Assembly: GCA_964016885.1 (NCBI GenBank)
Contig: OZ024743.1
Coordinates: 367,102,001 to 367,166,000 of the forward strand
Length of the DNA: 64,000 nucleotides
Source of the DNA: Eledone cirrhosa
Lineage: Eukaryota
Direction of reading: 5' to 3'
In this document: one piece after another, positions 12,225 through 25,440 of the stretch
How positions within the stretch are numbered: the stretch's first letter is position 1
Layout of the letters: every line of letters starts with the position of its first letter
The notes under the pieces: model-generated
Database searches by the model: none
What the model was told of the DNA's origin: nothing
Seen by the model: the letters and a program-made list of their open reading frames with translations, nothing else
Made by a program: the position numbers and the translations under genes

Positions 12225-13907
12225 ATGAAAACAAATAGCGACAACAGCAACAGCAACAATACCAACTGCACCGAGAACAACGGTGGCAACAAAGACAACA
12301 ATGATAACAGCGACAGTGCTAACAACAACATCAACAAGAACAATGACAACAACACCCCCAACGAAAACAAGAAGAACACTTTCGCTGCGGCAGCAGCAAA
12401 AAAGAGGCCTTGCTTCAACATGAACCTCTCAAACAAAGATGAATAGTTGGCCCAGGCATGGAAGCTCATCAAGCAAGAGAAAACTTGGGCCAACTTAACT
12501 GTCCCGGTAGAAGCTATTGAGGCAGTGGAGCGCAAAACGGAGCATTATAGATGCATCTCAGCACAAACCAAAAGGGCAGCTTTAATCCCACAAGAAGATG
12601 TCGAAGTTGCACTGAGGTGCATCAGAGAAGACACCCAGTACATAGAGAGGGGCAGACAGTACGGCACCATTTCGGTGTTGTTCAAGTCAGAAGCCCTCGC
12701 TATGAAACACGCTATGACTCCTTGCAAAACCAGCAAGGTCATAATGTACCCCTCCCACATGGGAAAAAGAACGGCCCATGTCCGCATTCCCAGAATCCCA
12801 CCAGGACTTGACATGTGGTGGCTTCTGGGATGTGTCATTGTGGAGGGGACGGATACAGTCCCTATAGAAGTGACCAGAACGGCCAGAGAGGACTGGTCCG
12901 GGGTTCACCTGGAGATCCTTCTCCAGATCAGGCCCGAGAATGTGAAGACAATCCCGGACCACATCCGCCTTCAGATTGGGACGGTCATTCACATTATGAC
13001 CGAAGGCAAAAGGCCGCATTGTTTTGTTTGTGGGGAAAAAACCCATTTGCGAGCCTTCTGCCCTCAACTGCTGAAAGAGGTAAGGGGTCGAAAGGCTCCA
13101 CTGCTGCCGACGCTGGGGCGAGGACCACAACCAACACCAATAGAAAGACCACCACCAACATTGACCACCCAGGGGGGAAACGAGGAAAGCTGTCAAATTC
13201 CCCCTCCCGCCCAAAATACACACACCAATAAAACCATAAACATACATACAGACACACTTACAGACCCCTCATCTACCAGTAGTGAAAATGAGGGAAATCC
13301 CAAATCCCCCAAAATACAAAAAAAGGAAACACAAAAAGAAAAAAAAACTCAACAAAGCACAAAAGCACCCACAATAAAAAAACGCAGACACCACCCACGC
13401 AAACATCTCTCCATTAACACCAACATCAACACCACCATCACCATCATCAGAATCCCCCAAACGCAAACAACCGAAACAGACGCAAGAACAAATATACACA
13501 CAAACATTTGAAACCACAGACACCGCACTCACAACAAACACAGACACCACCAAAACCATCACCACCACAGCCACGCAAACAAATAAAATCACACCAACAA
13601 AACATACAAAACTTCGTGCACGTCAGGAGGGCCAACAAGGAACTGATGGCCCTCGTAGCACGAAGTGAAAATATACAAAAAGAGGGGGAAATTTTTAAAT
13701 CGAGCACATTTTGCGTGCCGGAAGATTTGGTTCTGGTGCGAATGTCGCTCGACATATTCAAAGATATTACGAGACAGCTTTCCTCGGGACGTGGGAACCC
13801 GGAACGTAAAACCCACTTCAAGACTTTTAAAGGGGTTCCTGAAAGAAACCCCACTAACTATGGAGGTTGAACAACCCGACCTTCTCAAGAGCCCGGAAGG
13901 TAAGTAA
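12225..13907 (+). pseudogene. Tx1-like ORF1 (Asn-rich N-terminus, zinc knuckle), interrupted
   Basis: ATG at 12225, in-frame TAG at 12444-12446, then the same frame continues to 13511. Contains TFAAAAA and CFVCGEKTHLRAFC (CX2CX4HX4C). Probable frameshift(s) in the A-rich region. Confidence 0.75.
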
Positions 13908-13938
13908 AGCTTCCCCTCTCTCTGTTTAACCTGCCAAC

Positions 13939-16900
13939 ATGGCCGTATTAAGAGTAGGATGTTTAAATGTTCGAGGCCTGGGATCGTCCTGGAAGCAGGG
14001 TCACCTGCTCAACGACCTCAGGTCTATAGAAATGGATGTAATTGCAGTCAGCAAGACCAGGATTTCCGACACGCGCGCACTAGCCCCCATTTTCGATGAC
14101 TATCAGATCTTTGCATCTGTTAGCCGGCCGGGAATGGGAGGCGAGGTGGCGGTGCTGTTTAGGAAAGGCCTGGATCTCGAGGTAAGGTCGATCGTCCGAG
14201 ACCCGGACGGGAAGTTGGTGGTCCTGGACGTGAACAATAACGAAGGCGGTGCCTTTAGACTGGTGGCCGTCTATGCTCCTACTGGGGCAGGATGGCCGGA
14301 CTTCTTTAGATGCCTGGAAGCCTTTCTGGGTACGTCTCGCCCTTTACTGTTAGCGGGGGACTGGAACGGCATCTTAGACGCACGCTGAACTGTGTGGGAG
14401 TATCCGATAGGAGCGGGGGGTGCAAAAGCCTCAAGAACCTGATCAGCCAGTTCTAACTGTCTGACAAGTTCCGACTAGATTTCCCTAATGCACCAGTGTG
14501 GACCTGGGCTAACCGCATAGGGTCATCTAGATCGTATATAGACAGGATATTCATTAGGAAAATAGACAGAAATAGTGTAAGCTGTCCACGTTTTGAAACG
14601 GTCGCCTATTCAGATCACAAGTTTGTGATCTGTATGGTCGACCTAGATAAGACGCGTAGGTTAGGACCTGGTTACTGGAAGCTAAACATCTCATTTCCGG
14701 CACGTAAGGCTTACAGGGACCAGGTCAACAATTTAGTTAAGAAAAAGTTGACAGGTGGAATCGTCAACAATAGATGGTGGGGGGCTCTCAAAAGAGAGAT
14801 TAGAGTAATGTCGATAGAGTTTAGCAAAGAAGTAGCATTAGAGAAAAATAGAAAGGAGGGGGAGTTGGTAGATAAGTTAGATGAGGCTATTGGTAGTGGC
14901 ATTGCAACTGATGTGCTAGCGGCGAGAATGGCATTAGACCATTTCTTCAATGCGAAACACGAAGGTTGCATTGTCAGAGCTAAGGCGCGTGCTGTGAGAA
15001 ACGAGGGAACCAAAGCTGTTCGATGGGCCCGCGTGACAGAGGCGTAGCGTGGTAATAAAACCGCGATTCGGTCTTTGACGGACCGAGACGGGCACGAGCT
15101 GAGCGATTCCAAGAGGATGTGTGAGGCCTTTCGCCAACATTTTGCTCGGTTGTTCGGGGGAAGTGGCGGGTCAGAGATGGTGGCGGACTTCAGTCCCTAC
15201 CTCGATGGCTTGCCGCAACTCTCGACGGCTGACACTGGGCGCTGCGAAAGGCCAATTACTTCAGCCGAGATTCAGGATGCCCTTGTCGGCTGCATTAGGC
15301 GCAAGTCACCCGGTTTGGATGGTCTGCCCTACGAGCTTTACGTAAATATGCCAGACTTGTTCTCCAATCTCCTCGAAGCCCTCTACTGCAACTGGCAGCA
15401 AAACGGGAGTATTCCCAGTTCTGTGAGCCGGGGCGTAGTGACGCTGATAAGGAAAGACGAGAACAAGAGGGACACATTAGTCAATTTCAGGCCCATAACT
15501 CTGCTCAACACAGAGTTTAAGATTTTGGCCAGGGTGTTAGCGAAGAGGTTGGCGCTTGTCGGGGATTTGGTTGGGGAGGCGAAAACTTGCGCAATCCCAA
15601 CCAGGTCCATACACGACAACCTCCACCTAATGCGATACATTATAGAGAGGGTAGGGTGTAAACCTGGCCTCGGTGGGGCTCTGATCAATTTAGATCAATC
15701 GAAAGCATTCGATAAGGTCGACCATCGGTACCTGGAGGCTGTCCTCAAGGCGGCTGGCTTCGGCCCCATCTTCAGAAGCTGGATCTCTGCAATGCACAGC
15801 GGCACCTGCTCGATGGTCAAAATTAATGGCCACCTCTCGGAACCGTTTCAGGTCTCCCGATCGGTCCGTCAAGGGTGCCCTCTCTCCTCCCTTCTGTACG
15901 TATTGACTCTCGAGCCTTTACTGCAGAAGCTGGAGCTGTTGCAGGGCATCCCGCTCGAACCAGAACGTGGAAAGGCTGTGTCGGCTTATGTGGACGACAT
16001 CACCGTGATGGTGTCAGACACCTCAGAAATCGAGGTGGTCGGCAACTTATTGGAGGAATATGAAAGGTTGACGGGAGCAAAACTTAACCCGGAAAAGTCA
16101 GTGGGCTTGCAACTCGGCACCTGGAGAGGCAAGTCCATGCCGTCCAACAGCGTCATTAGGCGCTGGACGGACGGACCGGTAAAGTTGCTAGGGGTTTGGT
16201 TCGGGCCAGACCTCCAGATGGATAAGAATTGGGACGAGGTGACCGGCAGGGTAGTCAGTCTCACCCAGAAATGGGCTGGGATGAAGCTATCACTGAAAGG
16301 TCGGGCGGAGGTGGCAAACTCGTACATCACGTCCGTCATCTACTACCGTATGACCATCGTCCCTTGCCCCCGTCATCTTGGAGCGGCTCGTCTTCAAATT
16401 CTTGTGAAGGGGTCAGGTTCCGCTGGTGAGGCGGTCCATCTGCTGCCAACACCCTCTACGTGGAGGGCTGGGCATGCCGTGGCTAATGATGCGCAGGCAC
16501 GCGCTGAGGCTGCGGCATCTCCAGATATTCTGCCTAAACGGTGAACAGGTGGGGTCGCTGTTTGTCAGACGGGCCTTTCCGCAGCTCGTTTCTTTGACTG
16601 AGTTGCAGTCCTGGGTCAAGAGGAGACCGAGACTGGGTGACTGGCATCTGGAATGTTGCCAGGCACTCACTGTCCTCTACCAGGCGGGCAATGCGGTCAG
16701 TGGAACTTCCACTCTCGAGTTCTATAGAGGATTAGTGGTGGGCAAGTGCGACGACGCACTCGGAGAGGCTCTGGGAGTCAACGAAGTCGAACTAACCAGT
16801 CTGTACTGGAGGACTTTCGAGCCAGGGACGATGGATAATTTCCAAAAATCCCTCGCTTGGCAGTGCAACCGGGCGGCACTGCTGGTTCGAGATAAACTCT

Positions 16901-17344
16901 ACAGACACGGAAGTGCTGTCAGGCGGACCTGCCCGAGATGCGCGCAGAGCGACGAAACCGTTCTGCACGCACTCGTCCAGTGTCTGCATTACTGACTTGT
17001 GGAGTTATGTTGAACAGCTGTTGTTGCATGTAGAACGGATCCGGCTATCGGCCGAGTCCATAGTGAAGATCGACCCGTCGCCTTCTTTTGGCCAGGAAAG
17101 GCAGGCAATTTTCCTCTGTCTGGTGGCAGTAGCGAAAGAGATTGTATGGTGGACAAGGTTGAAAGGACCGAAGACAGACAATTTTCTCTTCGGCCAATCC
17201 CTCATCAACTTTTTCAAGTTTCACTTGGAAAGGAAGATGAGGGTGGAGAGAGAAGTGCTGCCCCCCAGTACATTTGCTGAAAGGTGGGTGAATGTGGCAA
17301 GAATGGCCCGTGTGAGTGGGCCTACTCTGGTCATGCGGCTGTAG
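13939..17344 (+). pseudogene. Tx1-like ORF2 (AP endonuclease, reverse transcriptase, zf-RVT) with stops and frameshifts
   Basis: LNVRGL, VYAP, GDWN, SYIDRIF, SDHK, GPGYWKLN, KSPGLDGLPYE, FRPITLLN, LDQSKAFD, RQGCPLS, YVDD, and CPRCAQSDETVLHALVQC. Confidence 0.92.
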
Positions 17345-17643
17345 GTAGGTAAATTTGAAGAGGAGAGGGGTGCCCTTCCAGGGTGCTCTCAAAGCGTCGG
17401 GTCGTTCAGGACTGGTGGGGTACCTAAGCGAACCCTAGGTAGTCATCTCCCCTATTGGTGAATTTTTTCTTGTTGTAATTTTCTTGTTACTTTATTGTTA
17501 CTTTGTTATTGTTACTTTGTTATTGTTATTCATATTGTTTACTCGATTTTTCTGTAAAACCCCACTGTCCCAGTCTTTTGTATTGTCCCCTATATGTTGG
17601 CCCATGTGGCCAATAAATGAAATCATTATTATTATTATTATTA

Positions 17644-20600
17644 CAGTTGCATTTATCTTGCTTTATGTTCATACGAGTTATCACCAAGTCACAACCAGTG
17701 ACCTCAAGAGACAACAAGGTCCGCCATGTTCAAGGAAGAACATACATACTCACACATGCACCCTTAGTGTTTAGACTTGTGATGTACTTATATTGACAGA
17801 ATCTTCCTTAGTATATGGGCAGTTCCCATTAGTACTATCTTTTGTATTTCTCCTATACGCGGGTTTCCTGGGATCTGCGATAAGTAATCATTAGACCCCT
17901 TAGGTATCATTCCCAGAGCACCTACAACCACTGGTATTGTTTTAGTTCTCAATTTCCACATTTTTCCAATTTCTATCTCCAGGTCCTTATACTTGCTCAA
18001 TTTTTCAAATGTTTTTATAGATACATTCTTGTCTATTGGAACAGACATATCAATTAGCAGGCATACCCTCTTTTTAAAGTCCTTCAATATTATATCAGGT
18101 CTATTTGCATCTATTTTTCGGTCTGTTTGGATGCTAAAGTTCCACAAGATTGAGATGTGATCTTTTTCAAGTATGGGAGGTGGTTGATGCTCCCACCAAT
18201 TCTTTTGATGGGGCAGGTCAAAATGCTTACACATTATCCAATGTATGTATTGTGCAGCTCTGTCATGCCTGTTTAGGTATTCGGTTGGAGCTATAGGACT
18301 GCACATTGAAATTATATGGTCAATGGTCTCTGGTTGTTTTTTGCATACACGGCATAATGGGCTGCATCCATTTTTTATTATGTTGGCTTGGTAATTTTTT
18401 GTTGGCAGACACTGATCTTGTGCTGATATAATCAGTCCTTCAGTCTCCAATTTCAGTCCAGAGGATGCCAACCTCTGATGGGTTAAAGTTTTGTCAACAT
18501 CAGGATTGTTAGCTCGCTCTGGGTATTTTCCATACAGAGGCTTTTCTTGCCATTTATTAGCCAGTTTCTGTAGCAGTTCTTTCTTTGCAGTTACTTTTAC
18601 CTGCTTTGCTTTTTCTGTGTTTTCCATTTCAGCAGTAAATGGGACTTCTGAAATTTGTAGTCCATTACTGTATCTTTGTGCATCTTTTGTAATGGAATAT
18701 GATCTTTTGATGCTTTCGTGTTTCAAAACGAGTTTGATCATCCAATCATGTGATTCCCTTAGATATGTAGATAATCCAATTGTTGTAGTTTTCAACGCAA
18801 TGTCTAACTGAATTAACCCACATCCTCCTTCTTTCCTAGGGAGATATATTCTATCTCTATCTTAGGGTGATGCATTCTGTGCATGGTTAAGAATTTTCGA
18901 ATTTTTGTATCGAGCCTACGGATCTCTGTGCTTGACCAGTTGATGACATTGTAACTGTAGGTTACTACTGGTATGGCAAGCGTGTTTATGGCATCGATCC
19001 TATTCCTTGCATTCAATTCCGTTCTTAAGATTGCTCTTACTCTGCGGTAACATTCCTTCCTTATCCTTTTCCTCATTGTCGAGTGCTTGATTCCGTCTCC
19101 TTCACAAACACCTAGATATTTGTAATTTTTTTCTTGATCAAGTTCTCTTATCACGTTCCCCCGATCAAGATTAATGTCTGAACTCTTCAGCAGCTTTCCT
19201 CTGGTGAACGTTGCTTTGGCGCATTTATCTAGTCCAAACTCCATTTTAATGTCATCACTGGATAATAGCCCTTGCAATTGTTCATCATTTTTTGCAAATA
19301 GTTTCAGGTCATCCATGTAGAACAGGTGATTAATGATTTTGTCATAGACTTTATATCCATGTTTTGTTTCATTGAGCATTTTACTTAATGGTATAAGTGC
19401 GATGCAGAATAAAAGTGGTGATAAAGAGTCACCCTGAAAAATTCCACAATTAATATTAACTTCTCCAGCTTCCAGTGATTTTGTTTCACTATTCAAAAGG
19501 AGTGTCGTTTTCCATGTCTTCATACTGAATGACAAAAACTTACTGACAACGGGGCATATTTTGAAAATCTCTAAACATTTTTCAATCCAACTGTGTGGCA
19601 AACTATCGAATGCTTTTTTATAATCTATCCAAGCAATCGATAGATTTTTGTGTCTATTATGACAATCTTCCAGTATCATTTTGTTAACCAGAAGCTGATC
19701 CTTACAGTCATATGAGCCTCGTTTACACCCTTTCTGCTCAATGGGAAATAGGTCATTTGTTATCAGGTGGTCATATGTGTATTCAGTTAGGACTGATGTT
19801 AAAATTTTATACATTGTGGTCAAGCAAGTTATCGGTCTGTAATTTTTGGGATTGTTTGTCTCATCATTCTTCGGAAGCAGGAATGTAATGCCGTTAACTA
19901 GCCATGATGGTATCTTTTCTGGCTCCTTAACTATTTCATTGTAAAGTTGGGCTAACAGCTCACGAGACTCTGTGAAGGCATTTATCCAAAAATTTTGTAT
20001 TTTGTCTTTTCCTGGGGATTTCCATTTGCTGGTTTTTCTTTGAGCCAAACGCAACTATTCAACTGTTATATTTTCCCATATTTGTTCCTCAAGGTGAGCT
20101 GTATCTTTCATTTGTCTGTCTATCCATGGGGCATGTATGTTATGAACTTTTTCTTCGGCCCAGATCTTTTCCCAGAATTCTTGCACTTCCTCCTTGGGTG
20201 GTATTGATTTAGCAGTTATTGTTGACTTACCAATTTTTCTGTAGAAGTTTCTTTGGTTGTTTTTGAACATATTATTGTCCTTATAGAATCTAGATCGTTT
20301 TTCAAAGCGCCTTATACGAGCAGCTTTGGCCGACACTTTTTGCTTGATTATTTCTATCAGCATGTCTATGTCACATGTTGATTTTATACTGTACTTTTTT
20401 TTCAATTTTCTAAGTTTAGTTTGTTTAACATGTTCACCTACTTTATAGTTTGTTAAAATTTCTATGTCAGATCGGAGAAGGTTTATTTGGCGATTGATGT
20501 TCTCTTGCCAAGTAGATTTCTTGTGGGTATTCCTTTGTTTTTTCATCTTCATTCCACATAAGTGAGTGGTGACTTTAGCCGATGCATAATAGAGATGATT

Positions 20601-21590
20601 TAAATCAGTAATGTTTAGTTTGTTTGTGATGATAATGTTTTTGAGAATTATGTTAGTCTTGTGTATTATCTTTTGGTTTTGTTTGGAGTTCTGGATCTTA
20701 GGGAGGGTGTCTCGTTTCCCCATGTCAGATTCTTTCATTTTCATCCATTCGATCATAATTTCATCCTTCAAGTTGGCAAGTTCATTCTCATTCATTTCTT
20801 TATCATTTACGATCTCATTATTTTCATTTGGAGTTTCATCCTGAGCATGCACTCCCTCCACTTTTTCGATCCTTTCTTTAATTTGTTCTGTTGCCAGTGA
20901 TTCCGCCCCAACTGGGGTTCGAAGTGTTACAGTTTACCTCGTTTTCACTGACACATGTTTCATTTTCCCTTCGCTGACTTTGTGCTAATAGCTTGATCTG
21001 ATCAATTTCTATATCAGTTAGTAACTTTTTTCTTACAATATTTCTTCGTATATTGGCTAGTTTGTTACTGTCAATATAGCCTCTGTTTTCGGGATGTTTC
21101 TTTTTCCAGTTGATATATGTCTGTTCTGTATTCGATGTATTTGATGGGTAGTACATGGCAGTGTAGAAAGCCTCAAGGACTTCTTTATTATCTTCCCTTG
21201 ACCATTTTTCTCTCTTTTTCTTTGGATTTCTTGGTGGTGAGCATGGAGGGCCAACAGTAGGAGTATTCCGGTTATGGGAGGTCTCCAGCTCCGAAGTGAT
21301 GGGAAGGTTTGAACCATTAGCTGATTTTTCGACCCCAGTCTGGTTCCTCTCTGAGGGACGCGGCCCTTTTTTACCTGGGTGACGGCCGATCCGGTATGAG
21401 ATTTTATCATTAGACATTTACTTTATTTTGTCGCGTTTTATCCTTATCCGCCAAGGGGTAATCATTTCGTGTTACCACTTCTAGAACGAGTGTCAACCAA
21501 GACTAGAGGGGTCGTTCTCCCCTAGAGACACGGCTATTCCCCGCCGACCGCCATCCCGGTATTTCTTGGTCACAGGGTTTTCTATTTGTT
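17644..21590 (-). mobile_element. Near-full-length R4/Dong-type non-LTR retrotransposon (RT + restriction-like endonuclease)
   Basis: A single long ORF broken into four pieces, a short 3' UTR and a (TAA)n end. Domain order is RT-CCHC-RLE. The clade call is from motif resemblance. Confidence 0.88.
17788..21417 (-). pseudogene. R4/Dong-type ORF with one in-frame stop (20055-20057) and frameshifts
   Basis: KWKSPGKDKIQNFW, NYRPITCL, WIDYKKAFDS, GIFQGDSLSPLLF, YMDD, YKYLG, CRVCKKQPETIDHIISMC, RHD, RPDII...LIDMSVP...KLSKYKDL. Confidence 0.92.
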
Positions 21591-22450
21591 GTTTTTTTAA
21601 AATTGTTATTATCATGAGTGGTTCCTTAATGTGAGTATTGCGTGGCTTAAGAATGAAATTATTAATAATTGTCTCCACTCCAGGCACAAGGCCAGCAATC
21701 ACCCAGTGCATTACAATAATATAATATACTTTTTGCTGTAGTTGCCTGTTATTGTTGTTGGCTATGTCGGTGGTGGTGCCGGGGCTTTTTATATTGTTGG
21801 TGAGGAAGGGGTGAGCCAGCAGTCCCATAGTTGTTGATGTTGACGTTTGGCCGGTGGCCAGGTCACTAAGTCAATCTATTTATATCTTTTGCTAGCCTCT
21901 CCCTTGTCTAGTGATACCGCCACCTTCCCCTTTCTCTCTCAAGTTAACAGGGGAATAGTGGTGGTAGCATTGAAGGAGTGGTGGCAGCGGCGATGGGATA
22001 GTGGTAGCAAGATGATGGATGGGGTGGTGGCGGCGGTGGCGTTGTGGTTACTGGGTTTTGTGATATGTAGTATCTATGAGTTTGTGTTCGTATGTTTAAT
22101 ATATATTGTGTTGACATATTCCCGTAAAATTGGAATTAAACATTTTGTTAAAATTTGAGACAATAATAATAGTAATTATTATTATCATGCCGGGATTGAT
22201 GGTGGTGGTGGTGAAATTGCCGTTATCTGGCTGTTATATTTAGTGTGATGGGATAGGTGGTGTATCAACTTTCTGGTGTTGGTGAAATTGCTGTTATTTG
22301 GCTGTTCTATATAGTGTAGACAGAGGGTGTTTTCTTCCATTTATAACCATTTTCTTTTTTTGAATACAAAATATATAATACAAAATTGAATATTTGAGCG
22401 ATATAACAATATAATATGGATCCGAAATTTTATGGGACTTCATTCGGTGG

Positions 22451-22483
22451 ATTATGCAACATTATGCAACATTATGCAACATT
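22451..22483. repeat. 10-bp tandem repeat (attatgcaac) x3.3
   Basis: Directly visible. Confidence 0.9.
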
Positions 22484-22602
22484 ATGCAACATTTGTACTA
22501 AGAATTGTTATTTCACAATTGATTTAAATATGTTAAAAATCAAAAACTTACGGGAGCGATTTCATGACCTTCTACCACCTCGTGCGTCTTCTTCCCTTAT
22601 TA

Positions 22603-22638
<36 letters not shown>

Positions 22639-22644
22639 GGAGAG

Positions 22645-23200
22645 TGAAATGTGGTGGATTGGCAGAGTTGTTAGAGCATCTGATAGAATACTTTGTGGTA
22701 TTTAATTATGACTTTCTATATTCTGAGTTCAAATCCTATGAAGATCAACTCCGCCTTCCATCCTTTTGGGGTTTGACTTTCCCTTTCCTTCATGTTGCTG
22801 TCTTGGTCTAATGTTAGAAAGAATTATTAAGAGGGTGAGTTTAGTGAATTGGCAGGATTGTTAGAATCTCCAACAAAATGCTTTGTGGCATTTGTTCTAA
22901 GTCTTTACATTCTGAGTTCAAATCCTGCCATGGTCAACTTTGCCTTTAATCTTTTTGAGGTCAATAACTTACCAGATAGTACTGTAGTCAATGTAATTAA
23001 CTCCCTCAAAATTTCTGGTGTTGTGCCTAAATTATATATCATTACTATTAGAAGGATAGATGATAAATGGTAGAAAAGAAACCTTTCAGAAAAAATACCT
23101 TTCAGTATTTAGTAAAATTCTTTTATGTTCTCATTTAAAATTTCAATGAGGTTGACTTTGTCTTTCATCTTTGAGGGTCAATAAAATAAGTTAAGTACTA
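22645..23200 (+). mobile_element. Cluster of three degraded head-to-tail family A SINEs following an (ATT)n tract
   Basis: ctgagttcaaatcc and actttgcctt motifs recur at ~22725, ~22912 and ~23130. Confidence 0.65.
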
Positions 23201-24259
23201 TTTGTTCACTCGTCTTATTTTTATTGTGTGCCTTTACTACTGGGCATAGCTCTGTATGATACATTGTTTTGTTTTAGTTTTGTATTTTCTTTTATTTTCA
23301 CACTATCCTGCATAATATGTGTGCAGCATTTAGCAGGGCTACCTTTTGAATGTTATGTATATGTGTACAACCTGATGCTTTGGCTATGTTTTTGCATGCT
23401 TGTTTTTTTCTTCTTCATTCTCAAGGCACCTATTATTATAGGGATTGTTTTGTTTTCAATCCTCTCATTTTGGTTCTCTATTTCTATATCTTTATATTTT
23501 GACAATTTCTCCATTTAAAAAAAAATCTTTATCACTTAGTTAGAGGAAGAAGGACAGCAGCTATGACTGGTTTCAGGGTCCCTGAGACTGGTATAAGTAA
23601 GTTATTCTCAGACCGGAGACCTAGGTTGAATACTTGTAACACAGTAGATTTTACTAAAGGCACAAAAGATAGTGTTAAAATGAGTGACAGATTAGGTTTA
23701 CTGCTCAACAATAGGAATGATCCATGCAATAGGCCTCCACACAGTTTCCATCCACAAAAGTTCACTCATAAGATTTTAGTTGATCCAAGGCTATAGTAGA
23801 GGAGGTCATTGATTTTATCAACCCCTATATGTTATTGGTATTTTATTAATCCCAGAAAGCTGAAAGGCAAAGTTATTCTTGAGCAGTAAACCTAGGATTT
23901 GAACTCAGAACATAAAGTGCTGATTCGTCTTATCCCCTGCCCTCTATGTTAGATACAATAACTGAGAAATGAGCTCTGATGGACAACTGCTTGCATGCTA
24001 AGTTCCTTGTCAACCTCTCATCTTGCTGACAGCATCTGTACATGGGTTGTACAGCTCTCCCAAGTCATTCATCTACACTTAGTTTTCATATTGACCAATA
24101 ATCTACAGAGCATAATACTCTATTAAAGGCCTTTTTCAGGTCAATGAATGCTAAGAATTTTTCCTGTAGTTGTCACAAGCGAAAGAGGAATTTATACTAT
24201 TCCATTCTGTCACAAACTTGAATTGCATCTCATTTAGGTAGTTTTCTTCCTTATTATCA

Positions 24260-24848
24260 TATATACCCATATAAAAGCTGAGAAATATATGACAAAAAAA
24301 TTGATGGTAAAATAGGGGGTTCGTTTATATTTGAGGTCAATATTTTGTCAATTTTCATCAACTTCAAAATTCTAAGTAAATGAGGAATTGAAATATTTTC
24401 ATGTTGGAAGTGAATATTACACTGGTTTTTCTTTGGAGGTGAATATTACACTGGTTTCTCTTTGGAGGTGAATATTACACTGGTTTCTCTTTGGAGGTGA
24501 ATATTACACCGGTTTCTCTTTGGAGGTGAATATTACATTGGTTTCTCTTTGGAGGTGAATATTACACTGGTTTTGCTTTTGGCGTGAAATTTGTATTTCC
24601 TTTTGTTTTTGATATATTTTGAATGAATATGGCCTTCAAAATGATCAGAAATTTGTAAAAAATCATTATGTAAGGGAGTTGTGAAACAAAAATTATATTC
24701 TAAATGACACTTAAAACATTTAAACTTCATAAATATATTCTCCACTCATGGAAAATTTAACCATCTAAGCTTATAAATGGGGTTTGGATTTTTGTTTAAT
24801 TTTCAGACACAAAACAGGGGGTTTGCATATATTTGAGTATATACAATA
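24260..24848. mobile_element. Degraded pogo/Tigger-like MITE (tentative)
   Basis: The internal motif aggggg-ttcgtttatatttgag (24313) recurs near the end as aggggg-tttgcatatatttgagtatatacaata. This resembles TACCGTATATACTCGAG-type terminal repeats. Confidence 0.4.
24404..24573. repeat. 29-bp minisatellite, about 6 copies
   Basis: The unit ggaggtgaatattacactggtttctcttt starts at 24406, 24435, 24464, 24493, 24522 and 24551, with no spacers. Confidence 0.95.
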
Positions 24849-25440
24849 GTTATGCTTATAATTATTTTTGTTACTTTAATAAGTTAGTCCATTAGTTTAA
24901 TGCATCTGTAGTTACTTTTTTATAAAGCACCTCCTTTGTCTTTTTAGAAATTGATGATTATATTACTACATCATGCATAGAAAATGGCCCTTTATTGTAC
25001 TACCTGATTAACTATGTGAGTGACTAGTGTGTGTCTTACTTTGTCAGATATTTTCAGCATCTCAGTACTCTTCTTAATGGTTCAGCTGCTTTCCCTGTCT
25101 TTATATTTTGAATAGTCATTTTGATTGTATAAAATCAATTTTTGCTAGCTGTTGTGTCTAATTAAGTTAGTCCCTCTCCCCTCTCATTGCAATAAATTCT
25201 CCTCATTCAACAACTTCTTGTAGTAAAATTTTCATTCTATGTCTCATTTTTCTTGACATCAGTAGATCAATTCATACTTCTGATCCTCCCATAACAGAAT
25301 ATATGCAAACCTCTTAATTTTTGCTCCTTTCTTTCCTAACATACCTAATGTCTAGCTTCCCTTCTAGCCATCTGGTATTGTCCCTTGCTCCTCATCTTTC
25401 CAAGCCTGTCTCTTAGGTTTTATGGCTCTATCTACTATAC

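Larger units (their letters stand above)
12150..17624 (+). mobile_element. Near-full-length L1/Tx1-clade LINE, disrupted
   Basis: ORF1 with a gag-like CCHC knuckle, ORF2 with APE + RT + C-terminal CCHC, and a 3' UTR with AATAAA at 17612-17617. GC content is much higher than the flanks. The 5' boundary is approximate. Confidence 0.92.

Noticed and set aside
12149-17392. Numerous minus-strand and alternate-frame ORFs over the Tx1 element
   Set aside because: They are shadows of a GC-rich coding strand and carry no motifs.
24404-24573. 29-bp repeats as a CRISPR array or C2H2 zinc-finger linker array
   Set aside because: Units are directly adjacent with no spacers, the context is eukaryotic, and a 29-bp period cannot keep a reading frame.
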